From sequence record DRR378314_995: 43,958 nt of DNA; one strand, 5' to 3'. Of the stretch, positions 1 to 9,340 are shown piece by piece (the stretch's first letter is position 1; the number at the start of each line of letters is the position of its first letter). The notes beneath the pieces are model-generated. The model was not told where the DNA came from, ran no database searches, and saw only the letters and a program-made list of their open reading frames with translations. The position numbers were made by a program, and so were the translations under genes.

Positions 1-1
1 C

Positions 2-685
2 TCGATGCATATGTTCTCCAAAGAAAAGAACTTCTACGGAGGCCATGGAATCGTTGGAGCCCAGGTGCCAATCGGCACGGGCCTCGGATTTGCCAACAAG
101 TATCGCGGCACGGACAACGTTGCCGTAGCCTATTTCGGTGATGGCGCCGCAAACCAGGGCCAAGTCTACGAAGCGTTCAACATGGCTTCGCTATGGGACC
201 TTCCGGTTGTTTATGTCATTGAAAACAACATGTACGCGATGGGTACGAGTGTTGCCCGTCACGCCTCAGAAACTGAGCTCTACAAGCGCGGTATTTCCTT
301 TGAAATTGAAGGAGAAGAGGTAGATGGCATGGACGTCATGGCCGTGCGGGCGGCGGGCGAAAAAGCCGTCAAGTATGCGCGTTCCGGAAAGGGGCCGTAC
401 ATTCTGGAAATGAAGACCTACCGCTACCGAGGTCATTCAATGTCAGACCCTGCCAAGTACCGCAAACGCGAGGAGGTCGATGACATTCGCTCCCACCATG
501 ATCCGATTGAGGGCCTGAAGACACAGCTCCTTGAGCAGGGCCACGCGAGCGAAGATGAGCTCAAAGACATAGACAAGGAAATCAAGGGCATCGTGAAAGA
601 GGCCGCAGACTTTTCCCTTGAAAGCCCTGAACCTGATCCATCCGAACTGTGGACGGACGTTCTCAAAGACGTCGAGGTGGCCTGA
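2..685 (+). CDS. pdhA: Pyruvate dehydrogenase E1 alpha subunit (5' truncated by window edge)
   Basis: GGHGIVGAQ, ThDP-binding GDGAANQGQ...ENN motif and TYRYRGHSMSDP loop; followed by pdhB/pdhC/lpdA. Confidence 0.97.
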   Translation, partial: SMHMFSKEKNFYGGHGIVGAQVPIGTGLGFANKYRGTDNVAVAYFGDGAANQGQVYEAFNMASLWDLPVVYVIENNMYAMGTSVARHASETELYKRGISFEIEGEEVDGMDVMAVRAAGEKAVKYARSGKGPYILEMKTYRYRGHSMSDPAKYRKREEVDDIRSHHDPIEGLKTQLLEQGHASEDELKDIDKEIKGIVKEAADFSLESPEPDPSELWTDVLKDVEVA

Positions 686-740
686 TGTCTGGCGCCTGTG
701 AAACCCGACAGTCCTTGATCCAGTTTTTCGGAGCACAATA

Positions 741-2132
741 ATGTCCGTAGATATTCTCATGCCTGCCCTGTCTCCGACAATGGAGGAAGGCACTCTTTCG
801 AAATGGCTCAAAAAGGAAGGAGATACGGTCTCTTCCGGTGACGTCATTGCGGAAATCGAGACCGACAAGGCCACGATGGAAGTAGAAGCCGTCGATGAAG
901 GCACGCTGGCCAAGATCCTGGTGCCTGAAGGGACCGAAGGCGTAAAAGTGAACGCGGTAATCGCGGTGCTTGCGGAAGACGGTGAAGATGCCTCCTCCGT
1001 AGAAGTGAAAAACGCTTCAAGCTCTTCGACCGAGTCCAAAGAGGCGGCAGAGGACAATACTTCCAAAGAATCTGACGATGAGAGTGAAGCTGCCGCTGAA
1101 CCTCAGGCTGCGATTCTTTCTGACCCAACCATTCCAGAAGGCACATCCTTCACCGAAACCACAGTGCGCGATGCCTTGCGTGATGCGATGGCCGAAGAAA
1201 TGCGCCGTGACGAGTCAGTCTTCGTCATGGGTGAAGAAGTCGCAGAGTATCAGGGCGCATACAAAGTGACGCGTGAACTGCTTCAGGAGTTTGGTGCGAA
1301 GCGTGTTGTAGACACACCGATTACGGAACACGGGTTTGCAGGTCTGGGCGTTGGAGCAGCATTTGCTGGCTTGAAGCCGATCGTCGAATTCATGACGTTC
1401 AATTTTGCCATGCAGGCGATTGACCAGATCATCAATTCTGCAGCCAAGACGCTGTACATGTCTGGTGGTCAGATGGGATGTCCAATCGTGTTCCGCGGGC
1501 CAAACGGCGCAGCTTCACGTGTCGGCGCTCAGCACAGCCAGGACTATTCTGCTTGGTACGGACAGGTGCCGGGCCTCAAGGTAGTCGCGCCATATGATGC
1601 GGCTGATGCCAAAGGTCTTCTCAAGGCAGCTATCCGTGATCCGAACCCGGTCGTTTTCCTGGAGCATGAACTCCTCTACGGCAACAGTTTCCCGGTCCCG
1701 GACATTGATGATCACATTTTGCCGCTTGGCAAAGCCAAGGTGAAGCGCGTCGGTAACGACGTAACTCTGGTTGCGCACTCGCGAATGGTGGGATTTGCGC
1801 TGCAAGCTGCTGAGACCTTGGCAGAGCAGGGGATAGATGCCGAGGTTATTGACCTGCGCACCATTCGCCCGCTCGATACCGACACGATCATTGAGAGCGT
1901 AAAGAAGACCAACCGTATCGTTTGCTGTGAAGAGGGATGGCGGTTCTTCGGTATCGGCGCGGAAATTGCCGCAACCGTGACTGCAGAAGCGTTTGACTAT
2001 CTTGATGCGCCGCCGGCTCGGGTGCACCAGAAAGATGTACCTCTGCCGTATGCGGCAAATCTGGAGGCAATGAGCCTTCCGAACGCCGATGACATTGTCG
2101 AAGCCGCGCGAGGAGTTTGCTATGTCGACTGA
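741..2132 (+). CDS. pdhB: Pyruvate dehydrogenase E1 beta subunit with N-terminal lipoyl domain
   Basis: N-terminal lipoyl domain ([10 protein letters not shown]), acidic linker, then E1beta motifs [26 protein letters not shown] upstream. Confidence 0.97.
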   Translation: MSVDILMPALSPTMEEGTLSKWLKKEGDTVSSGDVIAEIETDKATMEVEAVDEGTLAKILVPEGTEGVKVNAVIAVLAEDGEDASSVEVKNASSSSTESKEAAEDNTSKESDDESEAAAEPQAAILSDPTIPEGTSFTETTVRDALRDAMAEEMRRDESVFVMGEEVAEYQGAYKVTRELLQEFGAKRVVDTPITEHGFAGLGVGAAFAGLKPIVEFMTFNFAMQAIDQIINSAAKTLYMSGGQMGCPIVFRGPNGAASRVGAQHSQDYSAWYGQVPGLKVVAPYDAADAKGLLKAAIRDPNPVVFLEHELLYGNSFPVPDIDDHILPLGKAKVKRVGNDVTLVAHSRMVGFALQAAETLAEQGIDAEVIDLRTIRPLDTDTIIESVKKTNRIVCCEEGWRFFGIGAEIAATVTAEAFDYLDAPPARVHQKDVPLPYAANLEAMSLPNADDIVEAARGVCYVD

Positions 2133-2445
2133 GATACGAGAACTCAAATCCCCTCCCTCTATTGAAGGGGCTGATGCCGCGCAGGAAATGATCCGGTTCT
2201 GGATTGCCGACAATACCGATCATGTAAGCCTTCGCGTTGGAGACGCAGCTGATCCCGCGACAGAACCAACCATGTGGGGGTTTATCCTGGGTGACATCGC
2301 AAAGCATGTCACGGATGCCTTCAAGGATCTTCACCCGGACGGCCCGGAGAAAGAGGATATCATCAAGGAAATCGTGACTGGTTTCCTGAACCGCATACAA
2401 TTCGGCCCGAAGTCTCCGGGCGACGTTCAGAAGATGGGTGACTGA
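2122..2445 (+). CDS. Conserved hypothetical protein, DUF5076-like
   Basis: ATG at 2122 preceded by AGGAG inside the pdhB 3' end; pattern E(M/L)xRxWIA...HVSL...WGxxLxDIAKHV recalls DUF5076; stop 1 nt before pdhC ATG. Confidence 0.75.
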   Translation: MSTEIRELKSPPSIEGADAAQEMIRFWIADNTDHVSLRVGDAADPATEPTMWGFILGDIAKHVTDAFKDLHPDGPEKEDIIKEIVTGFLNRIQFGPKSPGDVQKMGD

Positions 2446-2446
2446 T

Positions 2447-3772
2447 ATGGCTATCGACATCACAATGCCCGCCTTGTCGCCAACCATGGAGGAAGGCACG
2501 CTCGCGAAATGGCTCGTGAAAGAAGGCGACACAATTTCGTCCGGTGATGTGATCGCAGAGATCGAAACGGACAAAGCCACGATGGAGGTCGAAGCTGTCG
2601 ACGAGGGGGTTGTCGCCAAGATTCTCGTTGAGGCGGGCACTGAAGGCGTGAAAGTGAACGCAGTTATTGCGGTCCTCGCGGAAGAGGGCGAGGACGCATC
2701 TTCAGTTCAGCCATCGTCCAAGCAAGAGACGCCTAAAGCTGATACGCCTGCAGCATCCGGTGAATCTGACGCTTCGGAAAAATCGGATGTGACGCCGAAA
2801 TCAGACAAGTCGGTAGAACCAGCACGTCAAGTATCAAAGCCGCCCTTACCACCTGCAAACTCACAGGATGGTCGCATCAAGGCCAGCCCTCTTGCACGGC
2901 GTATCGCAGATATGAAAGGCCTCACCCTCTCAGACCTGAAGGGTACGGGACCTCGCGGACGCATAATCAAGCGCGACGTTGAAAACGCCCAGCCCACACC
3001 CGCCAACGCATCTTCGGGGGCAATGGCGCGTCCAGATGGGTTGATCCTGCCTCAAATTCTTGATGATCGAGTATATTCTCCGGATAGCTACGAACTTGTG
3101 CCTCTGGACGGTATGCGCAAAACAGTGGCTAAGCGCTTGACGACTAGCTTCATGCAGGTGCCGCATTTCCCGCTGAATATAGATCTGGAGCTTGACCATC
3201 TTCTAGCTAGCCGCGCCGCGATCAACGCGGCCGCTCCTGAAGGTGTGAAGGTGTCCGTGAATGACATGCTCATCAAAGCGGCGGCAATGGCGCTTATGGA
3301 CGAGCCGGATTGCAACGCGTCTTACACAGATAATGGCATCGCCTATCATAAGCACGCGCACGTATCTGTCGCCGTTGCGATTGATGGTGGATTGATTACA
3401 CCCGTTGTATTCAAGGCTGAGACCAAAGGACTGGCGGAAATATCTGAAGAGATGAAAGATCTTGCCAGTCGCGCACGAGACCGCAAACTGAAGCCGCAAG
3501 AATATAGCGGCGGTACCTTCAGCATTTCGAATCTCGGCATGTTTGGCATCAAAAGCTTCGCCTCCATCATCAACCCGCCCGAAGGCATGATCCTCTCGGT
3601 GGGAGCTGGTGAAAAGCGTGCCGTGGTAGATAATCAAGGCAATCTCGTTGCGCGCACGGTTATGACCGTCACCCTGACTTGTGATCACCGCGTTATTGGC
3701 GGCGCGGAAGGAGCTAAATGGCTGCAAGCCTTCAAGCGATACGTTGAAACGCCCGAAGCGATGTTGCTCTGA
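2447..3772 (+). CDS. pdhC: Pyruvate dehydrogenase E2, dihydrolipoamide acetyltransferase
   Basis: Lipoyl domain (ETDKAT), peripheral subunit-binding domain (ASPLARRIA...[12 protein letters not shown]), catalytic DHRVIGG motif; start taken at MAIDITMP. Confidence 0.97.
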   Translation: MAIDITMPALSPTMEEGTLAKWLVKEGDTISSGDVIAEIETDKATMEVEAVDEGVVAKILVEAGTEGVKVNAVIAVLAEEGEDASSVQPSSKQETPKADTPAASGESDASEKSDVTPKSDKSVEPARQVSKPPLPPANSQDGRIKASPLARRIADMKGLTLSDLKGTGPRGRIIKRDVENAQPTPANASSGAMARPDGLILPQILDDRVYSPDSYELVPLDGMRKTVAKRLTTSFMQVPHFPLNIDLELDHLLASRAAINAAAPEGVKVSVNDMLIKAAAMALMDEPDCNASYTDNGIAYHKHAHVSVAVAIDGGLITPVVFKAETKGLAEISEEMKDLASRARDRKLKPQEYSGGTFSISNLGMFGIKSFASIINPPEGMILSVGAGEKRAVVDNQGNLVARTVMTVTLTCDHRVIGGAEGAKWLQAFKRYVETPEAMLL

Positions 3773-4155
3773 TGCTTCGCCCCGGGCTGATCGCGATTAG
3801 CCTTGTGCTTGCGGCTGCCTGCAGTGACGAGCGCATATCGCCGCCTTTAGAGCAACGTCTGAACGAGGAGGCGATGCGCGACATTGCGAGTGAAGTCGCA
3901 GTACAAAAAGGAATGAACCTTCTCTGCGAGCGTGAAGGCCCGGATCTGCTAGGCAACTTCATGGAAGACCTTCGATATGAGGGTGTCGACCGGCAGATGC
4001 GAGAGAGCATCATGGCCGAAAGCGTAGAGATGATGAACAAGATTTCGGCCGAAGAGCCTGAATATATCTGCACACCTGAAATGTTCGAAAGCGCAAATCT
4101 GCGCGTGTCTCAGGCCATGCTGTCTTGGGACGAAATGAGAGGAATAACGCAATGA
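3772..4155 (+). CDS. Hypothetical lipoprotein (127 aa, predicted helical, two further Cys)
   Basis: Signal peptide with lipobox LAAA-C; TGATG overlap with pdhC stop and ATGA overlap with lpdA start. Confidence 0.75.
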   Translation: MLRPGLIAISLVLAAACSDERISPPLEQRLNEEAMRDIASEVAVQKGMNLLCEREGPDLLGNFMEDLRYEGVDRQMRESIMAESVEMMNKISAEEPEYICTPEMFESANLRVSQAMLSWDEMRGITQ

Positions 4156-5567
4156 GCACCCAGTACGACCTCATCGTGATCGGCTCCGGGCCAGGCGGAT
4201 ACGTGTCGGCTATCCGAGCCTCTCAACTTGGTATGAAGACCGCAATTGTTGAGCGTGAGAGCCTCGGTGGAATCTGCCTGAACTGGGGCTGTATACCGAC
4301 CAAAGCGCTGTTGCGTTCTGCAGAAGTGTTGCACCTTGCCAAACACGCAAAGGATTTCGGCCTCAAAGTCGACAAGGCCGAATTTGACCTGGATGCGGTC
4401 GTGAAACGTTCCCGCGGCGTGGCCAATCAATTGTCGTCTGGCGTGAAGTTTTTGATGAAGAAAAACAAGATCGACGTCATCGAAGGCACTGCGCGCCTCG
4501 AAAAAGGCGAGCCTGCGCCAAAGGTGATCGTGAAAGACAAGGATGGGAAAGACACTTCCTACCAGGCTAAACACGTCATGCTCGCGACTGGCGCGCGGGC
4601 GCGAGATATTCCTCAGGCAGGTCTCGTTGCTGACAAGAAACTGATCTGGACCTATCGCGAAGCCATGACGCCAGACGTCATGCCAAAACGCCTTCTCGTA
4701 ATTGGTTCTGGCGCAATCGGAATTGAATTTGCGAGCTTCTATCATGAGCTGGGCGCTGACGTTACAGTTGCAGAAGTCATGGACCGCATCTTGCCTGTGG
4801 AAGACGAAGAGATATCCAAACTCGCTGAGAAGGACTTCAAGAAACAGGGCCTGAATATCGTAACCGGCGCGAAGGTGGAAAACCTGACCGCAGGCAAGAC
4901 TACAGTGACAGCCGAGATCACAGACAAATCAGGCCAGAAGCAGAAGCAAGAGTTCGATCGCGCCATTCTCGCTGTCGGTATTGTCGGGAATGTTGAAAAC
5001 CTCGGTCTCGAGGCGCTCGGTGTGAAAGTCGAGAAGACCCATGTAAAGGTAGATAATTTCGGCCGAACCGGCGTGAAAGGACTGTATGCGATCGGGGACC
5101 TTACAGGTCCTCCGTGGCTCGCGCATAAGGCATCCCATGAGGGTGTTGTATGCGTGGAAGGCATCGCGGGCGCCAATCATGCAGAACCGTTCGACCCGTG
5201 GAATGTGCCGGGATGTACGTACGCACACCCTCAAGTGGCCAGTGTCGGTCTGACAGAGAAAGCCGCCAAGGAAAAAGGCTACGAAATCAAGGTCGGGCGC
5301 TTTCCATTCATCGGTAACGGCAAGGCCATTGCAATGGGTGCTTCTGAAGGACTGGTCAAAACAATCTTTGACAAGAAAACCGGCGAGCTGCTGGGAGCCC
5401 ACATGATCGGTGCTGAAGTCACCGAACTGATCCAAGGATACGTGATTGCTCGGCAGGGCGAGTTGACGGAACAGGATCTCGCGCACACCATCTTCCCGCA
5501 TCCGACCATCTCAGAAAGCATGCACGAATCCGTTCTCGATGCTGAAGGTCGCGTAATACACATCTAA
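4152..5567 (+). CDS. lpdA: Dihydrolipoyl dehydrogenase (E3)
   Basis: GSGPGG FAD motif, redox disulfide GGICLNWGCIPTK, GSGAIG NAD motif, C-terminal HPTISE; start at MSTQYDL. Confidence 0.97.
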   Translation: MSTQYDLIVIGSGPGGYVSAIRASQLGMKTAIVERESLGGICLNWGCIPTKALLRSAEVLHLAKHAKDFGLKVDKAEFDLDAVVKRSRGVANQLSSGVKFLMKKNKIDVIEGTARLEKGEPAPKVIVKDKDGKDTSYQAKHVMLATGARARDIPQAGLVADKKLIWTYREAMTPDVMPKRLLVIGSGAIGIEFASFYHELGADVTVAEVMDRILPVEDEEISKLAEKDFKKQGLNIVTGAKVENLTAGKTTVTAEITDKSGQKQKQEFDRAILAVGIVGNVENLGLEALGVKVEKTHVKVDNFGRTGVKGLYAIGDLTGPPWLAHKASHEGVVCVEGIAGANHAEPFDPWNVPGCTYAHPQVASVGLTEKAAKEKGYEIKVGRFPFIGNGKAIAMGASEGLVKTIFDKKTGELLGAHMIGAEVTELIQGYVIARQGELTEQDLAHTIFPHPTISESMHESVLDAEGRVIHI

Positions 5568-5609
5568 TCGTCGCCCCGGTGCGGCGACGCCTATACCGGG
5601 GAGCATATC

Positions 5610-6818
5610 ATGAAGTTGAGCGTCGGACCCGGAGCGCTGGTAGCAGCCGGCTTCATTGGTCCCGGAACGGTTACCGCCTGTACCGTCGCAGGCGCCAATT
5701 TTGGCTTTGCATTGATATGGGCGCTGGCATTCGCGACAGTTTCCACAATTATCCTGCAAGAGATGGCGGCCCGCTTGGGCATAGTGTCGGGCAAAGGGCT
5801 AGCCGCCGCTATGACGTCGCCAGAGAACGGCCCAATTGCGCGATGGGCAATCATCATTCTGGGCGTTACAGCCTTGGCTGTTGGTAACTCAGCTTATGAG
5901 GCAGGAAATCTCACCGGCGGTGCATTAGGCATTGAAGCGCTACTCAATGGTGGGGCCGGGACACATAAGCTAGTCGTCATTTGTCTCAGCGTGATTGCAG
6001 CTGGGTTCCTGGCCTTTGGCCATTACAAACACATCGAAAAGTTATTGATTGCACTTGTCGTGATGATGAGCGCGGCCTTCATCAGCAGCGTCGTCATTAC
6101 CCGCCCGGATCTCAGCGCCTTGGCCCGCGGGTTCATTCCCTCCATTCCGAGTGGTGGATTGCTGACGGCTGTTGCGCTGATCGGTACAACCATTGTGCCG
6201 TACAATTTGTTTCTCCACGCTTCCACAGTTCGCGATAAGTGGCCTCATGGAACCACTGAAGCCATGAAAGCGGCAAGAACAGACACCGTCACCTCTATAG
6301 GTTTGGGCGGAATTATATCGATCCTGATCTTGTCGACTGCCGCGTCTGCACTTTTTGGATCGGGCATCAGCGTCTCGTCAGCAGCAGACATGGCTATTTC
6401 CGTTGAGCCCGCGTTTGGTGTCGCAGCCAAATACCTTGTCGGAATTGGCTTGTTTGGCGCGGGTCTTTCATCTTCGATCACCGCGCCCCTGGCGACGGCA
6501 TATGCTCTGACCGAGTTTGGGGGGCTTCGCCGGGATGGTTGGCAGTTTCGGATCATAGCACTAACGGTATTGCTGATTGGGACCATTGTTGCGCTGATCG
6601 GTGTCAGGCCGGTGGAAGTGATCCTGATTGCGCAGATCGCGAACGGGCTGATCCTACCCATCGTGGCGACTTTCCTGCTGGTCGCCATGAACAGAGCCAA
6701 ACTGCTTGGGACGTATGTGAACTCGACATTGTCGAACGTTCTGGGCAGTCTTGTCGTTATAATTACTTTTGGTCTCGGCTTGCGTCTGATCCTGAGAGCC
6801 TTAAATGTCTGGCCATGA
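5610..6818 (+). CDS. NRAMP/MntH-related membrane transporter (YcsG-like), substrate uncertain
   Basis: About 11 hydrophobic segments; GPGALVAAGFIGPGTV, LQEMAARLG and GTTIVPYNLFLH motifs of the NRAMP-like fold; GGGGAG RBS. Confidence 0.85.
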   Translation: MKLSVGPGALVAAGFIGPGTVTACTVAGANFGFALIWALAFATVSTIILQEMAARLGIVSGKGLAAAMTSPENGPIARWAIIILGVTALAVGNSAYEAGNLTGGALGIEALLNGGAGTHKLVVICLSVIAAGFLAFGHYKHIEKLLIALVVMMSAAFISSVVITRPDLSALARGFIPSIPSGGLLTAVALIGTTIVPYNLFLHASTVRDKWPHGTTEAMKAARTDTVTSIGLGGIISILILSTAASALFGSGISVSSAADMAISVEPAFGVAAKYLVGIGLFGAGLSSSITAPLATAYALTEFGGLRRDGWQFRIIALTVLLIGTIVALIGVRPVEVILIAQIANGLILPIVATFLLVAMNRAKLLGTYVNSTLSNVLGSLVVIITFGLGLRLILRALNVWP

Positions 6819-7579
6819 GCCGCACGATTTGCCTGAATTCTGATATTGGCGAATTACCAGGTGAAACTGGTCGTGCGCTTGACCGCGCCATTTTGGACGT
6901 CGTTAGCCGCTGCAGCATCGCATGTGGAGGGCACGCAGGCGACGAAGATAGCATGCGTGCCACGCTTAAGGCAGCGAAGGCCCGAGGCGTAGTTGCAGGT
7001 GCGCATCCATCCTATCCAGATAAAAAGAACTTTGGACGCATTTCTGTCAGCCTGTCTCCTGAAGATCTTGAGGCGTCACTACGCCAACAAGTCCGCACGC
7101 TCTCGAGTCTCGCCAGGCTGCAAGGCGTCGTACTCGATCACCTGAAGCCACATGGTGCTCTTTACAATGACTCTGCGAAGGATGCGGGTCTGGCACAAAT
7201 CGTAGTTCGCATTGCTCATCAGAGCCGTATTCGCGCAGTTATAGGACCGCCGAACTCTGTTCTGCGCAAAGTGGCACTCGAAGCAGGTCTCGATTTCGTC
7301 GCAGAAGGTTTCGCGGACAGACAGTATAGTTCGGATGGCTCATTGGTCCCACGTTCAGAGCCCGGCTCTGTATTGACATCAGTGCAAGAACAAGTCGCTC
7401 AAGTCTTGCACATCTCGGAAGAAGGATGTGTCACGGCTCGAGATGGAAGCATGATTTCACTTCCTGTAGAGACCATTTGCTTGCATGGCGACACGGCCGG
7501 AGCGATCCAGTCCGCCCTCGGCATAAGGGAGGCGCTGCAGACAAGAAAAATCGAAATCAAAGCGCATCTTCCGCAATGA
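6815..7579 (+). CDS. pxpA: 5-oxoprolinase subunit A (LamB/YcsF family)
   Basis: LNSDIGE, ACGGHAGD, GAHPSYPD, KPHGALYN, EGFADR, TICLHGD motifs; ATGA overlap with transporter stop. Confidence 0.92.
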   Translation: MSRTICLNSDIGELPGETGRALDRAILDVVSRCSIACGGHAGDEDSMRATLKAAKARGVVAGAHPSYPDKKNFGRISVSLSPEDLEASLRQQVRTLSSLARLQGVVLDHLKPHGALYNDSAKDAGLAQIVVRIAHQSRIRAVIGPPNSVLRKVALEAGLDFVAEGFADRQYSSDGSLVPRSEPGSVLTSVQEQVAQVLHISEEGCVTARDGSMISLPVETICLHGDTAGAIQSALGIREALQTRKIEIKAHLPQ

Positions 7580-8202
7580 CTGCGCGTGATCTGCAGTTCA
7601 TTGGTGATGATGCGATACGAATAACAGTGTCACAGCCGGAAGAGCGATTTCAGCTTGCCGACTTTCTGCACAGATCCGGAAATTGGGTGGAAATTGTCGT
7701 TGGCAAACGGAGCGTCACAGTCCAATTTGATCCTCTCATTATCAGTCCAACCGAAGTAGCTCGTAGGCTGAGGGATGTTGAGGTATCAGATCTCGGTTCC
7801 GCAAGTGTTGCACACGGAATGAGAACTCTAAAGATCCAGACAAACGACGGCAATGCTCCGGACCTTGCTGAGTGCGCAGAAACAAATGACTGCTCGATAA
7901 TCGAGTTTCTGGAACGCATTCAAAGGTCAAATCTGCGTGTGGATATGCTGGGTTTTGCGCCTGGCTTTGCTTATGTAGATGGTGTCGATCCGCAACTCGA
8001 GGGCACGCGCCTGGAACATCCTCGCCAATTGGTAAAAGCAGGATCAGTCGGGTTTATAAGCGGACACCTCGGAATATACGCGTTGGATGGTCCAGGGGGT
8101 TGGCCAATTATTGGCAGGACGGACGCGCTTCTTTTCGATGAATCGAAGTCAGACCCATTTCTGATCAAGCCTGGCTTGGGTCTTCAGATAGAATGGATTT
8201 AG
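7576..8202 (+). CDS. pxpB: 5-oxoprolinase subunit B (KipI/AHS1 family), divergent
   Basis: GFAPGFAY, PRQLVKAGSVG, GIY...PGGWPIIGRT..LFD motifs; ATGA overlap with pxpA stop. Confidence 0.88.
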   Translation: MTARDLQFIGDDAIRITVSQPEERFQLADFLHRSGNWVEIVVGKRSVTVQFDPLIISPTEVARRLRDVEVSDLGSASVAHGMRTLKIQTNDGNAPDLAECAETNDCSIIEFLERIQRSNLRVDMLGFAPGFAYVDGVDPQLEGTRLEHPRQLVKAGSVGFISGHLGIYALDGPGGWPIIGRTDALLFDESKSDPFLIKPGLGLQIEWI

Positions 8203-8203
8203 A

Positions 8204-9133
8204 ATGGTAATGCGCATTCTTGATCCGGGCCCTCAAGCGTCGCTGCAAGGAGCCCCCAGAGGGGGATTTCGTCAGTTTGGGATGCCGGCTGCCGGAGCGG
8301 CAGATGCTTTATCAATGTCTCTTGCAAATCGCCTTGTTGGCAATCGTTCAGATGGAACTTGCATTGAGGTAACTTATGGTCCGTTTGCCGCTGTTTTCCA
8401 ACGGAACGCCTCAATCGCAATAACCGGCGCCGTGGCTCCGGTCTCGGTAGATGGCTCCCTTCGTCGTTTCCACACCACATTGCCAATCAATGCAGGAGAT
8501 GTTGTTGAAATCGGTAGGCCGTCCGCAGGCCTCCGATTCTATGTTGCGGTAGCGGGCGAACTTCGTGCGGAAGAGTTTCTCGGAAGTACGTCGACATATA
8601 TGCCGGCAAAGCTAGGAGGACTGTCTGGGCGTGCCTTGCAGAAGGGGGATGTCCTGGAGGCCACATTTGATGTGCCGGCACCACCGATTTTCGAAACACC
8701 GACCAATCTCATTCTCACGCTCGGAAACAGTTACGCGCTGCGGTCAACGGAAGGTCCGGACTATTCTGAAGACTTGAATTCGCTGTGGACCACCCAGTAC
8801 ACCGTTACACGCCGTGCAAGCCGCATAGGCATAGAGCTTGACGGGTACTTTCCAAAACCTGACACACAAGAGAACTTACCAAGTGCCGCTATATTTCCGG
8901 GCGCTCTGCAACTACCGCCAAAGGGTAGGGGCTTCCTTCTTCTTCCAGACTGCCAGACGACAGGCGGATATCCGCATGTTCTCCAAGTGAACAAGTCCGA
9001 CCGTCACCTACTTGGTCAAGTTCGACCAGATGACTCGATAATATTTCTTCGAAGGTCAGCAGAACAGGCGCGCGCAGACCTGGCTCAGAAAAATGCACTG
9101 TTTAAAGATTGGATCGGCGAAGTGAATTGGTAG
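8204..9133 (+). CDS. pxpC: 5-oxoprolinase subunit C (KipA/AHS2 family)
   Basis: GMPAAGAAD..LANRLVGN, GLRFYVAVAG, LGSTST, PGALQLPP..DCQTTGGYP motifs; 1 nt after pxpB. Confidence 0.92.
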   Translation: MVMRILDPGPQASLQGAPRGGFRQFGMPAAGAADALSMSLANRLVGNRSDGTCIEVTYGPFAAVFQRNASIAITGAVAPVSVDGSLRRFHTTLPINAGDVVEIGRPSAGLRFYVAVAGELRAEEFLGSTSTYMPAKLGGLSGRALQKGDVLEATFDVPAPPIFETPTNLILTLGNSYALRSTEGPDYSEDLNSLWTTQYTVTRRASRIGIELDGYFPKPDTQENLPSAAIFPGALQLPPKGRGFLLLPDCQTTGGYPHVLQVNKSDRHLLGQVRPDDSIIFLRRSAEQARADLAQKNALFKDWIGEVNW

Positions 9134-9340
9134 CTGAGCAGGGGGCGCGAATTCGTAAACAGAGTTCTAATCCAAGATGTCAGGCAGATGTACTTATGGC
9201 CGCTCGTCCAATACCGGTGCGGAGACAATCTGAAGTCTCAGGTTCACCGTCGGCAAGAATGCAAACTCGAATGTTGCGGCGGTCGCAGGTTTCGATATCG
9301 GGATCGCATAATCATCATTATGGGAAATTATGTTTTACGA

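Noticed and set aside
433..5563. Long antisense ORFs over the pdh genes (e.g. 443-1066, 1515-2213, 1888-2640, 4110-4745)
   Set aside because: Shadow frames of strongly codon-biased genes; no recognisable motifs.
6539..7575. Long N-terminal extensions of PxpA (from 6539) and PxpB (from 7426) in the ORF track
   Set aside because: They overlap upstream genes; family homology begins at the ATGA-coupled starts 6815 and 7576.
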